From assembly GCA_000934665.2 (NCBI GenBank), contig JYFJ02000538.1, positions 1-64,000 of the forward strand: a stretch of 64,000 bases of DNA, read 5' to 3'. This DNA is from Catajapyx aquilonaris (taxonomy: Eukaryota). Positions within the stretch are counted from its first letter, which is position 1; the number at the start of each line of letters is the position of its first letter. The notes below the pieces were generated by a model. That model was not told the DNA's origin, made no database searches, and was given only the letters and a program-made list of their open reading frames with translations. The translations under genes were made by a program, and so were the position numbers. Shown piece by piece: positions 1 through 13,200 of this stretch.

Positions 1-41
1 TTAGGGCGTTTCTTTCATGTAAAAAAAAAAAACCCTACATA

Positions 42-196
42 CAGGGTGTCCGTACAGTCCTTGGGAGATTCTCATAGTAGTGTTGTGGTAATATTATGCA
101 ACCATAATAACAGTATAGTGATTATGTAAACTTGTTAGGCTTATCGACGTTATGTGAGCCAAACGATACTTAAAAAATTATTTATGGAACACCCTG
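42..196. mobile_element. Tc1/mariner-type MITE
   Basis: TA|CAGGGTGTCC ... GGAACACCCTG|TA: terminal inverted repeats with TA duplication, non-coding interior. Confidence 0.6.
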
Positions 197-2270
197 TAGA
201 TGATTTTTTCCTGGCATTTTACATTCAAAAGGACCACCACGTATTAAAATGATTAATTTTGGCGCGAAGTTAATATCACTCCTACATCAAATTTTGGACA
301 AAAAAGAAGAAAAACAGCCCAAAAACCTGCCAAAAACTCCGCCGTCAACAGGTTAAAGCATAAAGCTATACATATGTGTATTACTTTTGTCTATAAAGCT
401 CTCTTTAAGAATTTCCCTCAAATATCAATATAGTCTCATGATGACATGTATCTTTTGTGACCACTCCACGCATCCACCATGATGATTGAAGCATTTTCAA
501 ACAGTGACATCAGATTTTGCAGGTCTATATCAAGAACCCTCTCTGCCAAGCCTCCATCTCTTGGTCATTAGATATTTCACATTATTAAGCTGCTGTCTCG
601 CAGCAGTTCTATTTTGTACATGCTACATAGTACATTAATTATTATTTGGTCATGGCTTGGCAATTTAATTGAAGACCTGATAGCAAAAAGGGCAGATGTC
701 ATGAAAAATGCAAATTGCAGATAGCGACGCCAAGTGGTAGTCAGTAGCAATGCGGAGGTCCCCACAAATTCCATTCTGTGAAAATGGCAGTAGTCTGGTA
801 GAAATAATATAATAATAATAGAATAATATCACCTGGCTGCATGGGAAGCAGGAAAGTTTTTCTTTGTTTTCTCGAAACTATCCATCATTGACATCTGCCC
901 TTTTTGCTATCAGGTCTTCAATTGGAACCATGGTCCTCTTTCAGTATGTTCTGTTATAATTAACCCCAAAATGAATAAGTTCTCTTACATCGCAGTGACT
1001 TCTTTCCTATTCCGGAAGTAGTGGATTCAGATATGCTTATGGCTGACGTCTTGCTTCGCGTGAGATCTACCGTGGAATTATTAGCTGCCAATGAGCTTCG
1101 ATGTAGTTCCATCTGTGAATGAGAAGCTGACTGCACGGACAAAGCTGATTTGGATGCAGGTGTAGCATGGCTGATGTTGCTTAGGCTGATGTTGCTTTGG
1201 CTCATGGTTGCCACTACCTTTTTGTTAGCCCCTGAAACATCGGACAGATCTCATTCAGGAGTGATCATAAGTTCATAACATTAATGTGGTGAAACATTGC
1301 CATGTAAGTCAAAATCGTGCCTTGAAAAACCTCAAATTTTAATGAATCTATCAGGCATGTCATAGATTTAATAATTTCAATGTTGCAATATTATGAATTT
1401 ACAAGTCATATTGCACATTAACTTGGGTTACCACTTGTCTTCACTTTCATTCACCCAATTCATTTGAACAAGGTCATAAACAATGCAAGATGTTGAGAGG
1501 CAGCATGATCTCATAATATGAGCAGCACTATTACTCTATTAGTAACATTGCTCTTATTCCAAGGTACTCCTTGGGCAATAACTGGGTTGAGCAGCCTATC
1601 CTGCATCCTCACAAACACAATTTATTCCATGAGAATGTTCCAGGAAGCATTACTTCCGAGGTGATTCAAATGAAAGCAAGCCAATGTGAGATAGTTACAT
1701 ACACAGTAAAAAATACAGTCAGCATGAAAGCTAGGAGCGTGATTCATAAACTATATCTACCCACTCGCCAAGTTTGATTTTAGCAGAACAAAACTGGTGT
1801 TAGTACTGGCCAGAGTTCAACTCTGCCTAGAAAGTAAAGCGCCCTCAGGGAAACAATGCATGAACAGCAATGAACTGACTAGTGATGTGATCGGCAGGAG
1901 GAAAGGCTCAAAGAGTGTTGTGATGGATGCAGCCTGCAAATGGTGACAGACTGCAACTAGGAGTTGGCAGAAACATCCACATGCAATCCAACCAATGCAC
2001 TTTCTTCATGGGCACCTGCGTGCAAAATAATGCAAAACAGGCACAAATTAAACAGAACAAAATGTCACAACTTAACTATTCTAATGTAAAATCATTAAGT
2101 CCATTACCTCTTCCTAGTGTTTTTAAAATAGGTCATTGAAATTTCAGATGGAAGGCAGTGATGGAACAGCCAGTGATGGAAGAGCTGAGTGTTTGTTGTT
2201 CACTTGTTTGTTGACTTGTCAAAACTTCTATGGTAACTATCTTACTCGTGTTACTAGTTTACTCTTCTCA

Positions 2271-2418
2271 GGGCCAGTTGCACCGACCTCAGTATATCTT
2301 AGAACCTCGGGTATATCAAGAATTGCCATAGCAATCATTGTTGACCAACAATGATTGCTATGGCAATTCTTGATATACCCGAGGTTCTAAGATATACTGA
2401 GGTCGGTGCAACTGGCCC
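2271..2418. mobile_element. PIF/Harbinger-like fold-back MITE (perfect palindrome)
   Basis: Arms 2271-2343 and 2346-2418 are exact reverse complements around a 2-nt loop; termini GGGCCAGTTGCACC; 3-bp TCA target duplication on both sides. Confidence 0.8.
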
Positions 2419-2796
2419 TCAATGATCTTGTTGGTACAGTACGTACATAGCATTATGCTGGACCTCTGGAAAGAGTAAACTAGTAATATGAGTAGAAAAT
2501 AATGTGCAATGTCTTTGGCAGAAAGATTAACATAATATGCTTAGGGTTAGTCTGACAACAGGGTGAGTTAATTTTTACAGGTTTTTGTTGACAAGCTGTG
2601 CCATGTCATTCACCACTGTCAAGATCATATTTTATGTCACCATTGGTTAACAATTCAATTAAAAATGTAACATGTGCAAAACAGATTGGTGGTAAGGCCG
2701 TGTGACCAATACTGTTCCAATGTAGCTCACATATTTTGGTTCCAATGTAGCACATGTTACAAATCTGAACAACAGGTGACAACATTCAGTGCCAAG

Positions 2797-2961
2797 GAGT
2801 GGAATTTTTGTCCTACTGCTAGCATACTGCTAACTAGTGCTAGCCACTGTCAGAAACTGACAACCATGGTAACCCGTGAAAAGCTAATGTAACAATCCTG
2901 ATTATCAGTCGCAGGCTGCTAGCAGTAAGAGTATGTTAGCAGTGGGACGAAAATTCCACCC
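2797..2961. mobile_element. MITE with GTGGAATTTT-type TIR (same family as 26087-26194)
   Basis: gtggaatttttgtcctactgctagcatact ... agtatgttagcagtgggacgaaaattccac imperfect inverted repeat; related copy in an NDUFA11 intron. Confidence 0.55.
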
Positions 2962-3186
2962 AAAGTAAATAAATAAATAAATAAAAGCTGGTCTTCCAAA
3001 ACAATTGGCAGTTCAATTACCCACTGGCATTTATTTCTGTTACCTGTAAAACATACTTCTTACAGACAACATGCAAGATGCAAGTAGGCCACAATCTACA
3101 CGATCATTCAGTAACAAGGATGGATTCAAAATCTAGTCAACTTATATGCGAAACACACTAACAAGTAACAAAATAGACTATATTAA

Positions 3187-6100
3187 TCAGTCTGCAGTTG
3201 AGCCACTGCTAGGTACACTATCCAACAGTTTCCCATCGTCACCACAGAGAGACAATTTCTCACTGTCCAAAAGAGGACACTTCCTTTCCTGCAAAGAAAA
3301 TAACAACTTGTGCTTAAATTTCTGTAATGAGACACCTGAAGAACAGAAGTAGTGTCAGAGATAGTTCATTCACGCAACAGAACTTCACACAATTTAAGCC
3401 TTTGGCCAATCCATCAATGGATTGACCAAAGCTTAAATTGTGTGAAGTACTGTATATCAAATTTTTTACTTTTACTAACCTGAAACATAGGTGCCTTTTC
3501 CCACAAACTTCCACCACATTGTTGGCAAGAATGCTTTGGCAGTCTATCCAATGCAACAGTACGGCTGCCACAATCATGGCAGCGAAAAAATCTTTTCACC
3601 GTATTAAACACCTTCAGGGGATGTTGTTCTTTGCGGCACCTTTCTGTTGCTGAAAAGGCTCTGTAGCGACACTGTAAATATAAAAAAGTGTGGTTAAAGG
3701 GGGTGTTCAATATTTTGGCAAGATGGTCTTAAAATATCAGGCAAAAATCACGGAATTCAAATATTTGGTTTGTACTAGAATTTCATGATGCGTAAGCTTG
3801 CAAAATTGGGAAGACGCCAAAGCATTAAGGGTATCTGGCTATTGTAGTGTCCTGGCAACCAGGCTGTTGTCTGTTGCCCTGGTTGCCAGTATGATGTTGT
3901 TGTTGATTTGAATGTAAAGGTTAGTTCTCGTTCTACCGTCCTCCTGGACAGATGTGTTGTACGAGTTGTGCCGAATATAGTCCACAGTGGTGGTTTTTAC
4001 CCTCTTCCCCGATGTGTTTCCCTGGGTTATTTTGTGGTGTCTCTTACGCCTAATCGTGAGGCACTACACTATTGAAAGAAACAAATATGGGACAGATGGA
4101 GACAGAAACAAAGTGAAAAAAGAAGAGAGGAAAAACCGGTAAGTACAGAAGATAATTAATTTTTAACAATGGCACAGTAACATGAGATCACGTGAACAAT
4201 CTCATAATTCTTTCAACCAGATTTGTCAGAGTTGTTCAATACCTTCAGGCAGCAAACAGCCTTTGTTGGAACTTCAAAGGTAGAGGCCATTTTAGCCTCT
4301 ATGGCCTCCTTCTTCTCCAGATTCTCCAGGTGCTGTTCCAAGGCCGACTGTTCCCTGTTTTCTACCAGATCCTGGTGGGAGGAACGAGTTTCTAGCAGCT
4401 TTCGAAAGTCATTTGAGAGAAAGGTCCGCTTCAGTTCTGCCTCTCTGTCATTTTCAGGGGTAGGAGTTTCTGAATCTGTGCGTTTGCGTTTCTTGGAGCC
4501 CGTGGCATTGGGGTCTTCCCGCTCAAGGGAAGCACCCTTGGACTTCAGCACTTGCAGAGCTTTATACTGGATAATAATAAAAATTGTTGTCACTTCAGGT
4601 GCCTACAAATGCTGCCTGTTTCTACAATAGACAGGTTCTGCAAACAAAAACACATGGGAAATCCAGTCTTGGTGCCAGGCCCACGAAGGTTTTCTACAGC
4701 AAGCAAGTTTCCGCTATATCCAAGGTCCGCTAGAGATAGGTTTCAATGCACTAATATTTCTCTCAAAATATGAAAGGTGTAGGATATTCTTATAACTTTT
4801 CATGAAACTTTTTTTGTTCAAAGCAAGATAAGCAAGACAACTGAAAAATTTTAAACCGTTCCAAGCATTTCATATTACTTAAAATGCCGGTGGGATGGTG
4901 AGGCACAATATTTCAGGGAGGGACAATTCAGAGGGAATGAGGCTGCTCACCTTGGCACGATCAATTGTAGTTCTCTTGGCTACGGGAGTGACGTCCAAGT
5001 CCACCTGTCCACCATTATCAAATCCTTTCCCAAACAGTGGCTGACTCAGGTTTTCACTGCTCTTGCGCTCCTTCTTCAAATCTTTCAACATGTTTGAATG
5101 CATATGCAACACTTCCTTTGCTGACACAGACATTGTCCTGGCTTGTTGTGGTTCAACCTTATCATCAGTCTTCTTCATTGACTGGAGAAGGTTTCGAGAG
5201 CCAATAGTTGGCATTTTCAACTGATCTTGGCTGCATAACAGAAAAATGTAATGATAACATGTAATTAAACACTGGTTAATAAAAATACTGTACGTCCATA
5301 TACAGTACCTCATAATACTATTATTGTCCATCATTAAAAGGCAGCTCCAACCCATGGCCTTATCCAAATCCACTCCAGACTGCCCACCACAATGACTTAA
5401 TTCTACACGAGGCTCCGAAAGCCACAGTTGTCATGCTTTGCTTATTATTATTTCTAAATTACCTTGCATCAAACGCATGATGTATGATAATGTCACGGCT
5501 TTCCAGATTATCTCTGCATACAATCATGTATGGCAGCCTGTAGTCCTCTCATTCAATATTCATTACATGTATATTTATCAATACAACTTTCATGACTTGA
5601 CCAAACTTCATGGATCAACCAGTTGTTCTGAATTTAACACTGATTGCACAACTGGGTCTCAGAAATGTCTTTTTACTCACAAGGTTTGACTGGAGTTGGC
5701 CAGAGAATCACGCTTCACTTCCGTTTTCACCTGCTTGAGAAGGCTGTCTGCCTTCTGTTGTAGTCCCAGGCTTGACAATCGGTTGCGGTCCTTTTCTATT
5801 TGTCTTGAGTTTGGTCGAGATGCAATTGTTCCAAGAGGTAATTCTGCAGCCATCCTCTGAAAGATTTTATAGTAGCAATCATGTTAAGATATGTTTGCAT
5901 ACCCCAGGCTTATAACACAGGGAGACCATTCAATGCCCCATTCCTAAAGCCTCACCTCTCTGAGTGAACCCTTCCCCTTGGCTTTTCCTTTCTTCCCAGC
6001 AGCTACATTGACCCCCTGAAGTTCCATCCTCTTGCTGCCTAACTTCTTATACTCTGACTTGAGGTGGTAAATGCAATATTCACATGATCCCATGTTCACA

Positions 6101-8374
6101 AAAGATCCACAGGTCTGTCCATCCCTTCGTTTTCCTTTGCACCATCCCAGATCCTTAGCTGTACCAATCTCCATTAACTTCTGGGGGTTGTCAAGTGAAA
6201 GCGTCACATCTGACGAAGGACCGTTATCACAGCTGTCGCCCATGAATTTGGGATTGAGCAGGCCAACTATTGTACCCACAGGTATCTTCCAATGGTCCTT
6301 GTGAGAATCACCAAAGAGGAACAGAGTGACTGTGAAGGAGCAGTCACGCAGGTCACTCAAGCGCCAAAGTGAGTATGTCTTGCCCTAAAAATAAAGGAGT
6401 GTGAATAACACAACCTGCAATGCATGTGATGGATACAAAACAATAATTATGAAGTTCAATCATCTAACCTTCTGGGAGACCTTGGGTGGTGCCTTGAATA
6501 CAATGGTTCCTATAGTGACCCAATCTGCATCACTAACATTCCTATTTGTTTTTAGAGTGAACATTTGGACCATGCGCCGTCCTTCCATCCTTGCTTTCAT
6601 CAGTTGTGATGACAGCTTGGGATTGCTGTTGAAATTTCAATCTTTTATTATGTCTTTAACTCGAAAAGGGCAGCTATTGATTTACACCTAAATTATGTCT
6701 GTAAAAAACGCAGACTGAAAATAGTGAAATGAGAAGCGATGGGAAGGAGAAGGAATGGGAAGGAGGCAGGATTGGTGACAGGGGATCTGATATAGACGAC
6801 AGGGCTACCCAGAAACATATTGTAAAGACATGTAGGCTCACGTAACCATAATTTGCCTGATGCACTTGGTCCCAGGTGCAGTTGCGACTTTATCTCAATC
6901 ATTTCAAAAGGAACATGTACATCTGCCGTTACGTATTACAGCAGTTTCACATGCAGGCATCTTCAATGTCCCATGTAAGCCGACTGAATTACTCACCAAA
7001 TGCGAATTCCTGAGAATGGCTCGTTGTAACAGTCCCCTTGCTCTGATGTCTTATTCAAGGCACTTTTATTTGCAGAATTTTTTTTCCACGAAGCAGTCTG
7101 TTGGATCCGCTGAACACTCTTCTCAAATGCACTCGGTGATGGTGTATGAGCTAAGCGTCGCTTCACAAACTTTCCAAATTCATTGTAATTTGGCTCAAGG
7201 GGGTTACGGTTATCCTCATCATCTGATGAATCAGTATCCCCCTTGTGGATTATTGACGGGATGTTCTTCTTTGGGGAAGGCACTTTTGGCGAGAAAAGGT
7301 CCATGTCCACCTCTTTGAGGCATGGTTTTGGCTTTGATGGTTGACTTGCAGCCTGCTTCTTTGCTTCTAAGGCACGACGCATTTCCTCCATTTTGGCTTC
7401 CATTTTCTTCAATTCCAGCTCCATCTGTGCAGCTTCATCCATGCTGTTGGGAAAAACATTGCCACAAATTTATAAATCTGTGCAGATATCCTGCGGCTGT
7501 AGATTACAAGATTTTATAACATTTTTTTCTTCTTACCCATTTGTTTCCGTTTCTTTGTTGGGCTGCTGTGCAACTGGCGGCGGCGACTTCTGCTTTGCAC
7601 TGATCTTAGGTGTTTCATTTTCGACCGATTGGCTTGCTGACAGAATTGACAGCATTTCTTCCAAATCACAGTCATTGTCTGCAAAATTGCAGGGTTAATT
7701 AAAACACTCACACATAACATAACAATGGCTCTGTTCTTGTTTGTGCAATAGCCACTAATTAGGCATGCTTACAACAAGTTCAGTAATTAAAAGGTGCAAG
7801 AATAGCACTACACAATGAACATTCAGGTTTCATTTACATCTCATGCCTAGGAAGAAAGACCTTTGGAAATTGAGTCATTGTGATTCATGGCTTCTTCACT
7901 TTTCAAAAACAAATAAACTCGTTTCTCATAAATCTGATAGCTCATTTACTGAATGCGACTGTGAATTTAACCCTTAAATCCTGCATCGCATGCATCATCA
8001 TTGAGGTTGTCTTTCTTTCATCTCTAACAGTAATGAATTGTTTTAATTCGCCTTTACGTTCATCATATTTAAAAACAACTGTCCTTTCTCCGCACAAAAC
8101 GGCTACATATAAACACAAGTTTGCAATACGTCCTTTCCTCCCGGTGTCCTGGCTAGAATTTACTTTTAATACATTCCAAAAATTAACTGTCAACAGATTC
8201 TGACATCCAATGGCGACAATAACGGCCGACCGGCTCCAAACAAAAGGGGAGGGCTCAGTATCCATCACGACTAAAATTTCCCCCGCAAAATAATTGCACA
8301 AGTCTGAAGCCAGGTTGCCCAAATGGACGGCCATCCTTCCAATGTGCGCACTCACCGCTTCCAAAGTCATCCAT
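3187..8374 (-). CDS. MCM10: Protein MCM10 homolog, multi-exon
   Basis: OB-fold/Zn-finger motifs (DWVTIGTIV, YSLWRLSDL, GTIVGLLNP, CKGKRRDGQTCGSFVN..CEYCIYH) and C-terminal CRY..C..H and KRFFRCHDC..C..CG; exon 1 MDDFGS at 8374; last exon ERKCP..STAD* ending 3187. Confidence 0.92.
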
Positions 8375-8459
8375 GGCTGGCACAAAAATCGGAAGAAGGT
8401 GAGAAGACAGCAGCACGAGGAGTCTCCCTCTTTTACAACAAGTCGGCCATGATGAATTA

Positions 8460-8471
8460 TTTGGCGCGAAA
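8460..8471. promoter_or_regulatory. Overlapping double E2F site in MCM10 promoter
   Basis: TTTGGCGCGAAA matches TTTSSCGC on both strands, ~90 bp upstream of the MCM10 ATG. Confidence 0.7.
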
Positions 8472-10293
8472 GAGGGAGCCACAGAGAGTGGACCATGACT
8501 AGAGAGCTTGGAAATCGTTGGAAATAATTGAATGGGTTTGGCGGCCATTAGACTGAGGCCAGAAAGCAACGGAGGGAATAGTGAATTTGCAGCGATGTGG
8601 ACCGAGCACGGCACGATTTTAGTGGAATAAATTTCGTTGTACCCATTAGTTGATCACAATGTCCACTGCTTGGCATTTTACTGTCTGTTTACAAACACAA
8701 ATGGACTACAGGCGGGTATCTTCATAAGTAATGTCACCGTTATGACTGCTGATCAACCGGTATAGCCCTTACATTGAAACTCCCAAAAAACTAGATCTGA
8801 AGAGGATTACTTAACCTTCAATTGGACAGTGTTATGCAATAATGTGTCAAAATGGGCAAAAGTGAGGTAAGCCCAGGAACATACTACCCAAAGGATCGTA
8901 CTTCAATCAGTTCAAATTAATCTAGCGAAATCTTCTGCATACTTCTGCCATAACTGACTGAAAAGGACACCAAATTAATTTCACAGTTGTGACGTACAGA
9001 GCCCTTTTTCTCAAAACGGTTCTCATGTGGGTTGACTCATTATTGTATAACAGTCACATTTGGATATAAATTTTTCCCAATGTGTATTACCAAGAGCTCT
9101 TGGTATTACATTAAGTATGCCGACAATGCAGTATCCAGAGGATTACGACAGTTTAACATGATGGGTGGGCCTAAGATGTAAGACACCGCTAGGTACTTGG
9201 CTCTGAAGTGTTTTTTATGCAGCTTCGTACACCCACATGCCCATACTGTTCTAGATAAGCAGGAGAATTTCCCTGCAACGAACACAATCACAGATCTGCT
9301 CAACTCTCATTGGTGTACAATGTCCTCATGCAATCGCATGTCGAGCAATAACGCAGCCCTTTCCTGTCATGCTGCCAGTATTCGTCAGCATGGAGAAAAC
9401 AAGACCAGCCCACAACTCGCATTACAACATTGTTTTAACAAAAATGAACTCTGCAGAATCACAGCTGGAAGAAAGCCTTGGATTCACAATCTAGTTGGAT
9501 CATACTCATAAAAATCGTATTCGTGCAAGAAAACTCAAAAAAACGTCATTTTGGAGCATGAGTTTTACTTTTATCCAAGCCGTTATTATCCTACACCAAA
9601 GTATTTATGCTAGACCATACAATTATAGCCATACCAGGGGGAGGGATAAAAATCACCCAATGTCACTGATTTGTTTTCCATTTCACAGCAGCTCCTTTCA
9701 CTGGAGAGAAACAAACACACTCAACTTGTACACATATTTCCCAAAAAAGAAGCGTCCATCTAATGAAAGGAACTTTTTTTTTTACCTTCTTTCTTTGTAT
9801 TTCAAGCACTGGTATCAGACAAGGGAGTCCTTAGCCTTTTTATTGAATGGAATGCCAAAGGCGGTCTCCACAAAATAATCAAGGGAAAAAAACAAAGCAA
9901 CAGTGGGAGGGATCAAAGCTGTCATTCTTTCATCCTTCACAGCAACTGTAACTGTGAACATGCTTCTCGTAACGTTTTTTAATACATTTCTTGGAACGCA
10001 AATATATATATTTTTAGGAGAATTGGGGGGGGGNTGAGGGACGGGTGGGGGGGAAAAAATTGACATCTCAGCTTCTGCACGTGATTGTTTGGGCCGCTCT
10101 CCTCATCAAAGCAGCAGCACCAAGGGGGAAAAGTGTGTGCTATGTAGCCAATCAAGCCGCAGGGGTTTACCAGGCAAAAGGAATGCAATGGGGGCAAGGC
10201 AACTGGGTACGGGATAAAGGTGTGTTTTTTTTTTTTTTGCATGATTTACGATTTTTTAAAGAGACGCGGGAAGTTTGTGTTTCCTATAGGACA

Positions 10294-13200
10294 CTACTGA
10301 TCCTCCTCGCCCAGGTCAAGTTTAACCTTGGAGAAGTCAAAGTCCTCTCCTGTCCCTCGGCGGAAGATGTCCAGCACATCCAGACAGGTGGTTTCAAAGT
10401 GGGTCGTCGCATCATACGACTTTGAGATAAACACCTGCGAGTCCCGCCCGTCCAGTGTAGGCTCGTAGTAGTCGCTTACACTCACGAATCTATAAGAAGA
10501 TACGATTATTTGGACCATTAATGACACAGCTCCTTATTCATAAATTGTCAGAAACATCAGATATCATTTAAAACTAATACCTCAATAATCCCTAACTATA
10601 TAACCTATGTGTAGCTCATCTGCACATGAACATCCACAAACGAAGGACATTTTCAACTCACTTTTGCTTGATGGGTCCAAGCAACTCCAACCCAGGCTTG
10701 ATCTCTGACTCAGGGTTATCTGTCTCCACAGTAGTGGAAACCATGGCAATGAACCACCCCTTCGCTGCCACTTGATGGGTGTAGCTCACCACTGACACAT
10801 ATATATCTGCAGCAGAAACAGCAAGCCAGTAAAAATACTGATGCCCATAACAACCACATCAAGTGTGTCCTCACCTGACTTGCGCCCAACTTGCTTCTGC
10901 GGGATGATGATTTGTGTTGAGAGAGCGTCTCGTGTGTTGCTTATGGGATGGTCAAGCAAGCAGATGCAACGCACCACTTTCCCAGTCTGAAAGAAGTGCA
11001 CAATTTAGTCATTGACGGTTACATTCTTGCAATTGCTAGATGGGAACTTACCTTGCGTACAGATCCACGCATATAGGATGGATCACAATACACCTGCTTG
11101 CACTTGGCCACTTCATCTCCAGAGCGGACTCCAACTACCCTGCCACCATCCATCACAATCTCATCGACAGGCTTGTCAAGCATGTAAGTACCACCATATA
11201 TGGCACTCAACCTGAGTAAGAAGATGGCCAAATTTTTATTCCAGTCATGAGGTTGTAGTTTTGTACAAGGTTCTGACTCGGAATGTAGAGTAAGGGAATA
11301 GTCTCACCTTGCAAATCCCTGAGGCAGCTCTCCAAGCCCATACATTGGGTACAGGTAGGGTGACTTCCCATAGCGAGCCAGGGAATCAGAGTAGAGCTTG
11401 ATACGGCGAATCGTCTGCAGGGCAGGCTGATTGAGGTAATCATCGTCCCGGTACAAGGCCAGGGCATGACCAGTGAAGTCCTGTGTGTTCTTGTCGAGAC
11501 CAAATTTGTCATACAGCATGGTCATTGGGTGGTTGTTGGCATCGATCTCCTTCCAGGTCTTGGGGTCCTCCTCACGAAAATCCTGCACATACACCAGGAA
11601 GTTTTTGAAGCGACGCTTCTCAAACATGCCCATCAGGTCGGATGCCAAGGCTTCCTTCTCATCTACAGGAACCTGTAAAAGTTTAAAAGGCACGCTATAA
11701 TACAAAGTAATGCAAATGATGAAACGAATGGTAAATAATTGACATTGGGGGTTACTGTAACATTACAAATACACTGACCTTGGAGATCTTTCCACCCTTG
11801 TAGACGTAGCTGCCTTCCACAGATTTGAACTCAAGGTACCGGGTGACACCAGTGTGAATGAGCAGCTTCACCAGCTGACCGTTGGCCATAAGGAACTTGG
11901 GAATGAGGTCCACATTCCAGTCCCGTCCCCGTCCATATGACTCGTCTGGTGGGGGGGCTCCGAAACGGGTGAAGAGCTCTTCCAAGGGGGTAATGGAGGC
12001 AGACTCACCACCATAGTACTTGTTACGGTCTATGTGCAGCACCTTCTTGCCTGAGACGCTCAGCATCCCACTCAGGATACATTCCTGCAAAAAATATTAG
12101 TCAAATATTTTAATGCTGTTGAATGACTGTTGGTGTCGCTGCTAAACCCTTTGAAATATTTTTATTATTATTTTACATCAAACAGTAAAACAGATCTGTA
12201 GCTGATACTGCAAACTTGTCAATAACTGAGCAACACCTGCATCTGGAGTTAACAATATCACATACACCCTTCATAAGAGTGGCTTTGTTGAGTATTGACA
12301 GTTGGTCAAGTATTGGATGTTAAATGAAAATTTGATTTTGAATAATCCTGCATCACTCTGAATAACCTTTAATGATCCGGAGGAGGGCCATCTGTTATCA
12401 ATTTTCGCCTGTAACATGATATTCGAACCGTTGCCTTAACGATATCATGCATATGACTATCAAAAGCCACATGAGAGGAGTTTGATAAGTTCGCAGCTCA
12501 GGGTTGAGCCTCTCCAGCATAACAATGGAAATGGTTCCAAACGTGTCCGAGGTAAAGGGATGCAAGGCGGATGTGATGGTGCTAAAACATGTTTTGGCTG
12601 GAGGTTGTCTGCTTAATTTACGTGTATGTGGTTTTGTGAAGAGGTTGGCAGCACTCCAATTTTGGGGATTGTAGGATACATGCTACATTTTTTTCTTACA
12701 CCTTCTCATGCGGGTGTTGAGTGAGGTGGAAAGCGTGGTAGTACTTTTATCACTAGTTAACAGGCGTGTAAGCTTACATACACACCATGAGGGATTCTAG
12801 TCAATGGATAGTTTTTTGTAGTTTTCATATCACTTTTTCATTTGCTACACTACACTGCATACACTATACACATCCCCCGCAGAGAAAGTTCCACAGTATG
12901 CTCACCGATTTCCCTTTGAAAATATGTGTTCAGGCTCAATGAAAATTGAAATTCTGCAGATGGTGAACAAAACCTGCTTTTCCTATTCTTAATGGCACAA
13001 AATGAATACAAACGACAACACTTTACAATATCTTCCAATCACAACTGGTGATTTAAGTTAAGACTGAATTAGCCTTTTAAATTGCAAATATTCTGCATAA
13101 TGAATATTTTATCGAATTCTCGAGCAGGGTGTTTAGTCAAATAGGAAGGTTCAATTTCAGAACCACCACATAATTGAATAATATGGAGAAAAAAAACCTT

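Noticed and set aside
7942..8496. 184-aa ORF
   Set aside because: Spans the MCM10 promoter, exon 1 and intron in another frame; no recognisable motif
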